Assembly: GCA_050012255.1 (NCBI GenBank)
Contig: JBEKHN010000008.1
Location: 32,585 to 96,584 of the forward strand
Source: Candidatus Bathyarchaeia archaeon
GTDB lineage: Archaea > Thermoproteota > Bathyarchaeia > Bathyarchaeales > Bathycorpusculaceae
Reading direction: 5' to 3'
DNA: 64,000 nucleotides
Notes under the pieces: generated by a model
Databases searched by the model: none
What the model was told of the DNA's origin: nothing
The model's input: only the letters and a program-made list of their open reading frames with translations
Made by a program: the position numbers and the translations under genes
Shown here: piece by piece, positions 1 through 8,997 of the stretch
How the letters are laid out: every line of letters begins with the position of its first letter
Numbering within the stretch: position 1 is the stretch's first letter

Positions 1-749
1 TCATCCCAAACTTTCGATTGACTTCTATCGATTCTTTCGCTTGGCATCACTATTCTTGGAGGCTTTAGGTCAACGTTGTGAAAGCTGCATTTCAATGGTC
101 CAGTAGAAGAAATTGTCGGGTCGAAAATCCGGAATTTTTCTGGTCCCAGACACATTGGACATTCGTAGTAAAGCGCGTTTCCGTGAATTTTGTATACTAC
201 AATAATATCTTCAGGATCAAGCTGCCGTAGGTGTTCTAAGTCCTCGTCAGAAGAACAGATGACTAGCTTCTTCTCCGGAGGGAAGTGCCAATCCGTACGA
301 TAAGATGCATAGGCCTTCTCGAAAAGAGAATCCCAATTTGTTGTAATCAGTGCCACGATATGCCCATCATTCATTTCTTTGATAATTCTCTTATGAGCAT
401 AAGTAGGTGCTGCATTCCAGTTGCCGAGATTAAACCATTGAATGAATCTTCTTAGATTGTCTGGCTCATTTCTCAGTTGATTTACAGCATCATCTAGTGA
501 ATTAGATTGAACACCTGTTAGCTCTCTTATTTTTGAAAGTACTTCATGCCCACCAGGAACGCCCGCTGGCATCGAAATGCCAGCACCTGCAAAGACTATT
601 GAATGACTGTGAAAGCATATGTGAGTAGTCGCAAATCTAAGTATCAGAGGGTAACTCGTAAGGAAAACATCCAAATCCCCTAATTGCTTGAACCACTTTT
701 CGTCTGATCGATAATGTGAATCTACTTGTTTTTTCCACCACGTAGCCAT
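1..749 (-). CDS. SIR2-family (sirtuin-like) NAD+-binding protein, 3' end outside window
   Basis: Not in ORF track. Hand translation from ATG 749: MATWWKKQ...IVFAGAGISMPAGVP...LITTNWDSLFE...VYKIHGNALYYECPMC...KCSFH...PRIVMP. Shows GAGxS, TTNWD and KxHG motifs and is open to base 1. Confidence 0.88.
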   Translation of the reverse strand, partial: MATWWKKQVDSHYRSDEKWFKQLGDLDVFLTSYPLILRFATTHICFHSHSIVFAGAGISMPAGVPGGHEVLSKIRELTGVQSNSLDDAVNQLRNEPDNLRRFIQWFNLGNWNAAPTYAHKRIIKEMNDGHIVALITTNWDSLFEKAYASYRTDWHFPPEKKLVICSSDEDLEHLRQLDPEDIIVVYKIHGNALYYECPMCLGPEKFRIFDPTISSTGPLKCSFHNVDLKPPRIVMPSERIDRSQSKVWD

Positions 750-849
750 TTTTCGATCTACACACCTTGTCTTATCAACAGAAAGAACAAAAGATTTTCC
801 TCGCCAAAGAATTAGACTTTCCACTGAGTACTGAGAAAGAAAGTGAAAA

Positions 850-1000
850 GCGCGCGCGGTCTTCAACCATATGTTACATTGAGGCAGGCGATCGGAGATT
901 TGCCCTCTCCTAATGCAGGCGAATATTGGGGCGAAAACCAGTTTCCCTTCTTCTACATGTCCAGAAATCGAAGGCGAACCTGGGGCAAAGTCGCGCGCGC
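850..1000 (+). pseudogene. Internal fragment of a DNA (cytosine-5) methyltransferase
   Basis: PYVTLRQAIGDLP...FFYMSRNRRRTW resembles the TxRxAIxDLP / SRNR..W variable region of C5 MTases. No motif I (FxGxG) or PC motif. Bracketed by (CG)n runs. Confidence 0.6.
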
Positions 1001-1965
1001 TAATGAACTGAACTGCAATTGGTCGTTTTCATTTGGTTTCCCAGCTTTTCCCCTCTGCGGCGAAATTCTCTTGAAACGAAATAGTCATTAACCAAGGAAA
1101 AGAACTTGTTCATTCTCGAATACAGTTGAGGTATGTCTGGAAAAGCACATCCATATTCTTTTCTTATATTGGCAACCCTATAAACATCGCCTGGTTCAAG
1201 TTTTTTGATGTTACTCTCGAAAAAATCCAACAATTCAAAGAAATTCCCTTTTCCTTTTAAGTCTTGAAATGTTTTTTCATACTTGTCTCTTAGTTCGTAG
1301 ATTTTCTTTATCATTTTATCGGAGCGCCTGAATCTACTGATTGTAAAATGATCTGGATAGGTTGATCGCCCCCAGAACCTGCCGACTTGTTCATGTTCGA
1401 TAAGATCGTCACGCACATTTTTTAGATCCGAATACCAAGCCTTGCATCCATCGACGATCTCTGAATATTCCTTATTTCCTTCAATTTCGATTTTAGTGAA
1501 TTTCCTAATATGATCATTAAAACTTCTATTAGGAAGTTCATTAGCCCATTTAGACTCTGCTTTGTTTCTGGAAGTAAGTATCATTAGTATTTTGAAAAGC
1601 TTGACGTATTTCTCCATTAAGATGTGAGCATGTAGGAACCAATCTTCTACATCCAAGTTTAGTCTAAACTCATGCTTTGAATACTCATCGATTATTTTGA
1701 CCTCTCCCTCAGAAAGTTTGTATTCTCCGTCTTCCTCCCAGTAGTGAATCTCAGCTTGGATAGCCCAGTATTCACTATCTAGTCGAAGATCTTTGAGAAT
1801 ACGATCCCATATTTCTGTCAGAAAGAGTTGAGTCATCCGAAAAGAACGATAGTACATGTTATACGGCGCTAACTTGGCTTTCTCATAGTGTTCATTCAAA
1901 TTCCGAGAAAGCTCGAGAATCAAGCTCTTACTGGTAAGGTTTTCCAATTCTATGTAAAGCATCAA
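1000..1965 (-). CDS. Hypothetical helical protein with HEPN-like RxxxxxH motif (candidate RNase or defence effector)
   Basis: 321-aa ORF with LKNVRDDLIEH motif, AT-rich, upstream of SIR2 on the same strand. Confidence 0.55.
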   Translation of the reverse strand: MMLYIELENLTSKSLILELSRNLNEHYEKAKLAPYNMYYRSFRMTQLFLTEIWDRILKDLRLDSEYWAIQAEIHYWEEDGEYKLSEGEVKIIDEYSKHEFRLNLDVEDWFLHAHILMEKYVKLFKILMILTSRNKAESKWANELPNRSFNDHIRKFTKIEIEGNKEYSEIVDGCKAWYSDLKNVRDDLIEHEQVGRFWGRSTYPDHFTISRFRRSDKMIKKIYELRDKYEKTFQDLKGKGNFFELLDFFESNIKKLEPGDVYRVANIRKEYGCAFPDIPQLYSRMNKFFSLVNDYFVSREFRRRGEKLGNQMKTTNCSSVH

Positions 1966-2018
1966 ATGTCACCGAATTGAACCATGTAAAAGAACAAGCC
2001 CTCGATCTCCTTGATTCT

Positions 2019-2435
2019 TTAGGGTCTGGCCCGAGCGCAGGTGTTCCTCAGGTTTTTTAAACCAAACTCGCCTTCTCTCTCCACAATAAAATACTGGGGG
2101 TTTTCGGCAATACGATCCTTGAGCATTTGTTCCTCAGTTCGCTTCAGCCTAAGATAAGCCTCAGCGGCTCTCCAGCCTTTTTGGAATGCCAGAACTCGTT
2201 CTTTTAAGTCATCCGTCGGACACCACTTGTCTAGCGCCTTCTTTGCTATGCCCTCCTTTCTCAGCTCCTTCAGATGACGATAGATGTGATCTCTTTTCAT
2301 TCCTACACTATCATCTAAGCGTGTCACACTTATTACATCTTGTTTAAGCAAACACTTGATAATCGACCAGTGGTTCCTACGCCATTTAACTTGCTGGTCT
2401 TCGGTTCTTCCCTTTTTCCTTCCTGCGAGCGGCAA
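2019..2435 (-). CDS. Winged-HTH DNA-binding protein
   Basis: ISVTRLDDSVGMKRDHIYRHLKELRKEGIA is an ArsR/HTH_11-like pattern. Confidence 0.65.
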   Translation of the reverse strand: MPLAGRKKGRTEDQQVKWRRNHWSIIKCLLKQDVISVTRLDDSVGMKRDHIYRHLKELRKEGIAKKALDKWCPTDDLKERVLAFQKGWRAAEAYLRLKRTEEQMLKDRIAENPQYFIVEREGEFGLKNLRNTCARARP

Positions 2436-2498
2436 CTTTCAACGCCACTTAACTTGCATTCGGGGGGGCAAACAGTCCCCTCAAAATTTGTATGTTTT

Positions 2499-2511
2499 CG
2501 TTATAATAACG
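2499..2511. promoter_or_regulatory. Palindromic operator or TATA region between divergent HTH genes
   Basis: CGTTAT-A-ATAACG perfect inverted repeat in the 107-bp divergent intergenic region. Confidence 0.45.
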
Positions 2512-2542
2512 TTTTTGATCGTTGAAAACGAGGTGTTAATGA

Positions 2543-2818
2543 TTGGATGAAGAGAGACTAAAGCAGAGAATTGTCGAGTTTATCCGGAAAGCGAGGAGGC
2601 CTCTTGACATCAATCACATCGCCAAGCATTTTGGTCTTTGTTGGTGGCCCACCTACCGGCTCATCACCGAAATCATCATAGAAACACTGAAAAGCGACCC
2701 AGGAGGTGCGGCTGAGCTGCCTTTTGTTCTCGTCAAATCCACTAAGAGCTTCATTGTGTTGCCAAAACACTTGTCACCGATGACTGAAATCAAAATCGGT
2801 AAGAATGGTGGTGACTGA
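2543..2818 (+). CDS. Small winged-HTH-like protein
   Basis: RIVEFIRKARRPLDINHIAKHFGLCWWPTYRLI. GAGGTG RBS upstream; stop overlaps next start (TGATG). Confidence 0.6.
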   Translation: MDEERLKQRIVEFIRKARRPLDINHIAKHFGLCWWPTYRLITEIIIETLKSDPGGAAELPFVLVKSTKSFIVLPKHLSPMTEIKIGKNGGD

Positions 2819-3681
2819 TGGGAAGCTTCACACTTACGGATGAAGATAATGGGAATCCTTGCGGAAACGAGGAGCGAGAAAAAGAATTATCTGCGTCATT
2901 GGCGAGTTCCCACAGCGAAGGTGAAGTTTCACATACGGTCAAAAGTGAGGCCCAGACAAAGCGTCAGTTGATCATTCAATACCATCGAAACGACCCTCGA
3001 ATGAAAGCTTCTGAGATAGCTCAGAGAGTCAAGACCAGCGTCGGATACGTGTGGAATGTTCTCTCCCACTATAAGAAAAGAGTGAGTTCTGAACGATGGG
3101 GTTCTAGGCGTTTGTATGGTGGTGTGAGGGGGGCTTGCTTTTACGAGGATGCAGTTCTTCCTGAGTGGTATGGGGAATTGAGGGCTCCTGTTGTCAATAG
3201 TCGTACAGGTATGAAGCAGGTTGGTTTTAAAGGTAAGGGAGATCCTTGTAGTCTCCAGCTTCATCGCAATGGTCGTGCCATCGTTTTTCCCCATGCGTTG
3301 GGTTGGCAAGATTGGCTCGTCGACAGGCTGGTTGAGTGTGGTTGGGAACGTTCAAGGGGTAGTCTTTTGGCTGATAATTGTCGACTGATGGTGAAGGTTC
3401 TAGAGGCAGGGGTCAAGATCCCTGACGGTTACTTGCCTAAGGATTTAATGATCAAGACCGCTTGGGGCTTCATGCTGGTAAGGGATGACTCTCCCACGAA
3501 GAACACGTTGGAGATCAAAATTAGCGTGCCAGATCTTGAGCGTTATCTAGGGCTTCCAGAGATCAAGAAGGATTTACAGCTTTTGGTTCAAGGTGGTCTC
3601 ACTCATAGTCAGCTTTTGCGGGCGGTGGTCGCGATGCTACTTCAACAGAGAGCGAATGAAAAGACGCAACGAAGGGATTAA
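2818..3681 (+). CDS. Hypothetical element protein with N-terminal HTH
   Basis: 287-aa ORF with MKASEIAQRVKTSVGYVWNVLS HTH. Translationally coupled to the upstream gene. Confidence 0.6.
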   Translation: MGSFTLTDEDNGNPCGNEEREKELSASLASSHSEGEVSHTVKSEAQTKRQLIIQYHRNDPRMKASEIAQRVKTSVGYVWNVLSHYKKRVSSERWGSRRLYGGVRGACFYEDAVLPEWYGELRAPVVNSRTGMKQVGFKGKGDPCSLQLHRNGRAIVFPHALGWQDWLVDRLVECGWERSRGSLLADNCRLMVKVLEAGVKIPDGYLPKDLMIKTAWGFMLVRDDSPTKNTLEIKISVPDLERYLGLPEIKKDLQLLVQGGLTHSQLLRAVVAMLLQQRANEKTQRRD

Positions 3682-3781
3682 CGCGTTAAGCAGGAGAGGG
3701 AAGAGACGAACCGCGAAAATTGGATGGATGCTGGCATAGGAAGTGGCGACACAGTGGAGCAAGGAGTCTGACGGCTGAAAT

Positions 3782-4063
3782 ATGGTTAGGGCTAACAGAA
3801 ACTTCAGGACCAATAGCCAGAAGGAGAGAAGTATTTCCCTGATATACGTAAAATATAGGGATCATGTTCTCTTCAAGAGATGCAATCATTCCAATATGAA
3901 GCCTAGCATCAGGGAAGTTGTCGGCTGGCTGGTTCTTGAAACGAACGATGCTATTTGCGTCTGTTGTGATCGATCAGTTGAGCCTCTTCCCTATGAGAAA
4001 CCCTCAGAATCAGGCCTACTCATCCTGAAAAGTGATGTGTTGGAGAGAAAAGAACTTGAGTGA
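3782..4063 (+). CDS. Small hypothetical protein
   Basis: 93-aa ORF with a beta-rich pattern (YVKYRDHV...EVVGWLVLETNDAICV). Convergent with abrB-like gene. Confidence 0.55.
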   Translation: MVRANRNFRTNSQKERSISLIYVKYRDHVLFKRCNHSNMKPSIREVVGWLVLETNDAICVCCDRSVEPLPYEKPSESGLLILKSDVLERKELE

Positions 4064-4064
4064 T

Positions 4065-4214
4065 CTATACTTCGATCGTGATATAGATTTTATCGCCTTC
4101 TTCAACAAAGGCCAAGGTGTCCCCAACGGAGACCTTCAGTTTGCTTCTTACTTCCCCTGGTATAGTAACTTGGTATCTAGAGGTTATCTTGCTTGCACCA
4201 ACTATCTTGGGCAT
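4065..4214 (-). CDS. AbrB/MazE/SpoVT-family DNA-binding protein
   Basis: MPKIVGASKITSRYQVTIPGEVRSKLKVSVGDTLAFVEEG is a classic AbrB signature. Start reassigned to ATG 4214. Confidence 0.88.
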   Translation of the reverse strand: MPKIVGASKITSRYQVTIPGEVRSKLKVSVGDTLAFVEEGDKIYITIEV

Positions 4215-4317
4215 ACTCTCGCCAAGATAGAGAAGATAGGCAAGACTTATAAGAGTATTCTTACTTGGATATCTTGGAGATAAGAACCCCAAGAATCAAA
4301 AAAGAGGAAATAGAGAA

Positions 4318-5637
4318 ATGCAGAGGCTAGCCAGAGAGGACGGAGAAATCGTTGACGAGCTCCAAGGCTTGATTAGTGAGGTTGCTTCTCCCAGAGAGAG
4401 AAAGGCAAGACAATACATAGTAAGTTCTTTCAAGGGCAAGATGGCTTCGCTAATACCCTTTTCCTATGAGAACGAGTCGATCATTAAACTGGCTTCATAC
4501 CTCCTGAAGTACACGACTGGAAGCAAGTACACACTTTACCAGTACGTCTTCGGAGTACATAGATTCAGCAAATGGATAAACAGGAAGCCAGACGACATGG
4601 TTGGAGAAGCCCTCTTGGACAAGAGAGCCGCTGACAACTACATCAGAAAGATGGATGACTTCGTGGGAGACCTCCAAGCAGAAGGACTTGCCCCGGGAAC
4701 AATCAACAACCATGTGAAAGGCGTCAGAGCCCTCTTCAGGATTAACGGAGTGAACTTGGAACTTCCTTACCGTGTGCCAAAGAAGGTCATGTACCCAGAT
4801 AGGGCTCCCACACCAGAAGAACTAGCCAAGGTCATAGACATGGCAGACATCAGAGAAAAGGTGATAGTCAGTCTTTTGGCCTTGAGCGGGGTTAGAATAG
4901 GCACTCTTGTGAAGCTCCAGTACCGCCACGTGAAGAAAGACCTTGAAAACGGAACAGTGCCCGTTCACATGCACATCGAGGCAGAGATCACCAAGGGCAA
5001 GTACCATGACTATGACACATTCATAGGGTCTGAGGGGGTCGAATACTTGAAGGCATACCTAAGCGCAAGAAGAGCCGGAAATGAAAGAATGGAAGGGGGA
5101 CGCATGAGAGGGATGCCTCCGGAGGAGATAACGGACTCTTCTCCTCTGATAAGGAACGAACACCAAAAGACGACTGAAATCGTATCGCCAGGCATCATCC
5201 ACTGCGTTATTCACAGCCTTTACCTTAGGACTGGTTTGATCCAAAAAGGGAGCGGAAGAAGGTATCAGCTGAGAGCTCATTCGATAAGGAAATATTTCAG
5301 GACACAACTCGGATCAATAAGCACTATTCCGACTGACTACATCGAGTATATGATGGGGCACACTATCAGCACTTACAACGACATCAAGATGAAGGGAGTG
5401 GAATACCTCAGAAACCTCTACGCCTCCAGCGGCTTAAGCATCAGGCCGAAGACAAGAATCTCTAAGATTGAACGTCTGAAGATGTTCGCTGAATCCTTGG
5501 GCTTGAATCCCAATGAAGTCCTATCCGAGGACGCTCTAGCCATGCCCCACAGAACAGTTGTCGATCCAGAACAGAGGAAGATAGAAGTCCTCAATCAAGC
5601 GTTAAAAGAAGCCATACTGAAGGAGCTCCGACAATGA
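4318..5637 (+). CDS. Tyrosine recombinase / site-specific integrase
   Basis: Catalytic boxes SGVRIG (R), TKGK (K), AHSIRKYF (HxxR), YMMGH...TY. N-terminal SAM-like region (GLAPGTINNHV). Confidence 0.92.
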   Translation: MQRLAREDGEIVDELQGLISEVASPRERKARQYIVSSFKGKMASLIPFSYENESIIKLASYLLKYTTGSKYTLYQYVFGVHRFSKWINRKPDDMVGEALLDKRAADNYIRKMDDFVGDLQAEGLAPGTINNHVKGVRALFRINGVNLELPYRVPKKVMYPDRAPTPEELAKVIDMADIREKVIVSLLALSGVRIGTLVKLQYRHVKKDLENGTVPVHMHIEAEITKGKYHDYDTFIGSEGVEYLKAYLSARRAGNERMEGGRMRGMPPEEITDSSPLIRNEHQKTTEIVSPGIIHCVIHSLYLRTGLIQKGSGRRYQLRAHSIRKYFRTQLGSISTIPTDYIEYMMGHTISTYNDIKMKGVEYLRNLYASSGLSIRPKTRISKIERLKMFAESLGLNPNEVLSEDALAMPHRTVVDPEQRKIEVLNQALKEAILKELRQ

Positions 5638-5668
5638 CACAAAAGTATTCTCTTACATGTGTACAGGT

Positions 5669-5684
5669 CTCTCCCGGGCTACCA
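5669..5684 (+). other. Putative attR: duplicated 3' end of a tRNA (Gln-like)
   Basis: CTCTCCCGGGCTACCA lies ~30 bp after the integrase stop. Archaeal tRNA-Gln acceptor stems end in GGGCU-A-CCA. No 5' tRNA half is present here. Confidence 0.5.
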
Positions 5685-5760
5685 TTTCCAGGATGCGAAT
5701 TCCTACTTTTTGCGTCATTTTCACGGACCTCTGTAACCATCAATCGAGTCGGCGATGGAT

Positions 5761-5806
5761 AGACTAGAAATAGAATTGGGCTCAATTCTGAAAAACGTTA
5801 AATAAT
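5761..5806 (+). promoter_or_regulatory. Conserved 45-bp promoter/operator cassette, copy 1
   Basis: AGACTAGAAATAGAATTGGGCTCAATTCTGAAAAACGTTAAATAAT aligns with 8661 and 9566. Confidence 0.8.
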
Positions 5807-5951
5807 ACACAGTTCCTGAGGACGCACTATAACCCGTGCGCTACGGCGGGGAAAGGGAAAAACTACGGTAGACAAGATTGGATCAAAGCTTGAGGCGAAG
5901 TCCGACTATCGTTCTTCACGCATCTTAGGGGTTGCGTTCCCAGCTGTTTAC

Positions 5952-6776
5952 GTGTCAGTATTAATTGCTTTCTGTCTAGCATTTAGTGTTGTTCCAGGGC
6001 CTGAGTTGATAGTGTTATGTTTCTTCATTTACGCTGCGTACAACAAGTGGAGTCGCCGTTTTGTAAAAGACTGGTTTCCGTTTGTGTCGTTGTTCTTAAG
6101 TTATGAAGCCATGAATGGGGTGGTTGGTAGCCTTGGGCGGATTGTGCACGTTAGCGAGCCTATAAATGTTGATTTGCGATTGTTCGGTTCGATCCCGACT
6201 CTTGTGCTTCAACAGTTTTACAGGTTTCCCCTTTTGGACTATCTCGCTGCCTCTTTTTATTCTTTGCATTTTATAGCACCAACAGTCTTCGGCTTTTTGT
6301 TGTGGAAGTATCGTCCCGAAAACTATAGGAAATACGTCCTGGCCCTTGCGATCGGCACCTACAGCGCCTTGGTAACATTTCTGTTGTATCCAGTCGCGCC
6401 TCCATGGTTTGGGGCTGGAGCGACGCGAGTCCTGTTGCAAGTGGATCAACACCTAGGGATCCCCTTCTATCACACCCTTTTCGACCTTGTTCAGTCAAAT
6501 CCATTTGCCGCGTTTCCGAGTCTTCACGCAATGTACCCTTGGGTGATTTCACTCTTCGCATTAAAAATGAAGAAGACAAAAGCGTTACCGATACTCCTGT
6601 TTCCAATTGGGGTTTGGTTTAGCGCAGTTTATCTCGGGGAGCATTACGTTATAGACGTAATAGGCGGAGTCATCTATGGCACGTGCGCTTTCTTTTTGGC
6701 GGAGAAACTTGTTCCCCTTTTCCTGCGACATGCTCGCCAACGAGGAAAAGTTTTCAAACCTGAAGCCCCTTCGTGA
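5952..6776 (+). CDS. PAP2-superfamily membrane protein (Aur1/Ipt1 inositolphosphotransferase-like)
   Basis: YPVAPPW, AAFPSLHA and YLGEHYVIDVIGG motifs; multiple TM helices. True start may be upstream, as the frame is open. Confidence 0.88.
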   Translation: MSVLIAFCLAFSVVPGPELIVLCFFIYAAYNKWSRRFVKDWFPFVSLFLSYEAMNGVVGSLGRIVHVSEPINVDLRLFGSIPTLVLQQFYRFPLLDYLAASFYSLHFIAPTVFGFLLWKYRPENYRKYVLALAIGTYSALVTFLLYPVAPPWFGAGATRVLLQVDQHLGIPFYHTLFDLVQSNPFAAFPSLHAMYPWVISLFALKMKKTKALPILLFPIGVWFSAVYLGEHYVIDVIGGVIYGTCAFFLAEKLVPLFLRHARQRGKVFKPEAPS

Positions 6777-6889
6777 TTCGTGAACCTTGAAAGTGACATG
6801 AGTTGTCCAAGGGCGGAATAAGAGTCTAGTACTCCGGTTTCATCGTATTTGTGCGCGCTAGCTGTTCCTAAATTCTTTCGGGAAGTAGC

Positions 6890-7570
6890 TTGCTTTACTC
6901 ATTTTGCTCTTCAACCATATTTTGGTCATATAGCATACCCCGGGGGGAGGGTGTGAGCACGCAAACACTCACTCGAACCGTGACAGTAACCATCGACCGT
7001 CGGAAAACGCCATGCCTCCCTCTTGAACAGAATTTAGGAACAGGCATACGCGCTATTTTCATCTTGCTTTTCCTTTTTGGCGGTCAAGCGACCAGAGGAG
7101 AGTACCAGGCAGTTGCAACTTTTGCAGGTATAGCCGGATACTCATCGTTTCTAGCATTTGCTCTTTACCTAAAACTGCTCGCTAGTAACAGCTTAGAAGA
7201 CGTTGCCTCGTCGTTCAAGACAGTGTTGATGTTTGCAATACCAATGGCAACTATAACCATGATCATGTCAGAATCACTCTTGACCATACTCAACGTATTT
7301 CACAGGACACACCCTCACCCGCGTGCGCATAGCAACTTTCCTTTGACTAGCGATCACGCGTAAGTCGGCTAGATTAGGTGTTTCCTTGGAAAAGCATAGA
7401 AGAATACCTCTTTGCTTCAGCAGTCGCCGCGACTGTGCTCTACGTTCTTCCACATCCAACAACGATTCTCTTGATGTCGCTAAGGTAGCTGTCGGAGTGG
7501 CAATCTATGCTGCCTTGTTGTTATCGATTGATGCAGGGGGAAGAGAATCGGTTGCTCTAATATAGAATGA
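6890..7570 (+). pseudogene. Degraded fragments of a multi-pass membrane protein (flippase/MOP-like)
   Basis: Hydrophobic segments (YQAVATFAGIAGYSSFLAFALYLKLL...VLMFAIPMATITMIMSESLLTILN) sit in junk and are broken by stops. Confidence 0.45.
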
Positions 7571-7771
7571 AATCAAGCATATCTTGGTCCGCGCTTCCTC
7601 AGAGCCGCAGAAGGGAGTTGTTAAATTGAGCGTTGATTGTGTGAGAGTCACTAGGACCATTGTGACAGCAGCGATTTCTCCGCGGATCTACTATTTTTGA
7701 TGAAAAAAGCAACAATTCTTTGATTACCTTGATTCTACTAGAGCTATTGAACCATATTGTGGATTGTACTC

Positions 7772-8233
7772 TTAGTATTCGAAGGTGAGGTACAGAAGAA
7801 CGGCTAGTGCAAGACATGTGAACAAGTCTGGCAGCATGGCAAACGGGCCGAGACCAAAAGGATAGAAACCAAAAGCCCGGTGTAGCAAAGGAAAGGAGAC
7901 GAAGGCATGCAGAAGAAGGACTGCTGAAAATATCATTAGCCCTATTGTGAACTCCGACCGCGTCCTTCTGTATATACTAAGGTACATGAGCAATAGGACG
8001 ATTGAAAGCGTCACATTGACCGCGGAAACTACTGTTTCCACTGTATAGAAAAGCTCTATGTCGCCACGAATGTTGCCAGGAGGAGGCTGTGGGTGAGGTT
8101 CAAAAGGATAACGCGGAGACCAAAAGACAGAAGCAGCCCATAGTGCTGCCCATATCGCTACCACTACTACTACCACTATCAGCGTTGTCAGTATTAACCA
8201 ATTTCTACCGTTTTTGTTCATGCGATTCTTCAT
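7772..8233 (-). CDS. Four-TM membrane protein co-transcribed with wHTH regulator
   Basis: 153 aa with hydrophobic helices (YRRTRSEFTIGLMIFS...), 17 bp downstream of the wHTH gene. Confidence 0.8.
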   Translation of the reverse strand: MKNRMNKNGRNWLILTTLIVVVVVVAIWAALWAASVFWSPRYPFEPHPQPPPGNIRGDIELFYTVETVVSAVNVTLSIVLLLMYLSIYRRTRSEFTIGLMIFSAVLLLHAFVSFPLLHRAFGFYPFGLGPFAMLPDLFTCLALAVLLYLTFEY

Positions 8234-8250
8234 TTGTTTTGCCCCCTTTT

Positions 8251-8553
8251 CTACTTTTTCCAGATTTTCTTCAAAATCTCCTCGAACAAAGCGTAATTCT
8301 CTTCCATCGGTGGAGACAAGAAATATGTGATGCCGTACCCCTCTCCAGCCGACGTGATTATTCTGTTTTTCTCAAGCACTTCGAGATGATGCCTAATTGT
8401 CCTATAATCCATTCCAAGCTTGTTTGCCAACTGATTTGCATTTTGCGGAGTCTCATTCAAGGTCTGGATTATTCTGGCGCGGGTCACCCCGCCTCTGGTG
8501 CCTGCGATTAGCCATCCGAGTAAATACTTGAACGGGCGCGCACTAGCAGACAT
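8251..8553 (-). CDS. Winged-HTH transcriptional regulator (archaeal ArsR-like)
   Basis: GTRGGVTRARII...PQNANQLANKLGMDYRTIRHHLEVLEKNRII...GEGYGITYF. Confidence 0.88.
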   Translation of the reverse strand: MSASARPFKYLLGWLIAGTRGGVTRARIIQTLNETPQNANQLANKLGMDYRTIRHHLEVLEKNRIITSAGEGYGITYFLSPPMEENYALFEEILKKIWKK

Positions 8554-8660
8554 CCACACCGCTCCGCACACATCAAGGAGTTTTTCGCTAAACCTATTTG
8601 AACTAAGGTAATAAATATGTCCCTAAGTCCTTGTCGTCAGATCTGCGGGAGCTTAAGGTC

Positions 8661-8706
8661 AGATTAGGGCTGGAATTGGGTAAAATTCTGAAAAACGCCT
8701 TAATAA
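8661..8706 (+). promoter_or_regulatory. Conserved 45-bp promoter/operator cassette, copy 2
   Basis: AGATTAGGGCTGGAATTGGGTAAAATTCTGAAAAACGCCTTAATAA, divergent from the wHTH gene. Confidence 0.8.
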
Positions 8707-8997
8707 TTCGTAGACCATGACCAGTTTGGAGGTTGAGAAGAAGTCTGCAAAACCTATTCTTCGAGAAGGACTCGTGAAGGCCCAGAAAAGCTGAATATCA
8801 TTTTTCCCTCCTTCCTTTCTCCTTTCAGCCTATCTGGACCTTAGCGAGAACCGAAGAAGAAGAACAGACAAGAGAACCAGGAAGGGAGATGGCTGCATTG
8901 GACAAAAGTGGGATATTAGCCTTGATGTCGGTGGCGACAATGACGGAAGTCGCAACATTCCATTCGACTTTCTTGAGGACAGGCGCCAGAGGAAAAG

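Larger units (their letters stand above)
1..5684. mobile_element. Right-hand part of an integrative element or defence island (left end outside window)
   Basis: Tyrosine integrase at 4318-5637 followed by a tRNA-3'-end-like sequence. Also AbrB and HTH genes, and visibly AT-rich SIR2/HEPN-like cargo at 1-2000. Confidence 0.75.

Noticed and set aside
843-1091. 82-aa ORF as an intact gene
   Set aside because: Only the middle resembles an MTase, and the tail overlaps the opposite-strand gene.
4065-4214. Type II toxin-antitoxin pair
   Set aside because: No co-oriented PIN/MazF toxin; the neighbouring ORF is convergent and lacks toxin motifs.
5669-5684. Complete tRNA gene
   Set aside because: Only the acceptor 3' strand plus CCA is present, with no T-loop, anticodon or D arm. 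Kept as a putative att site.
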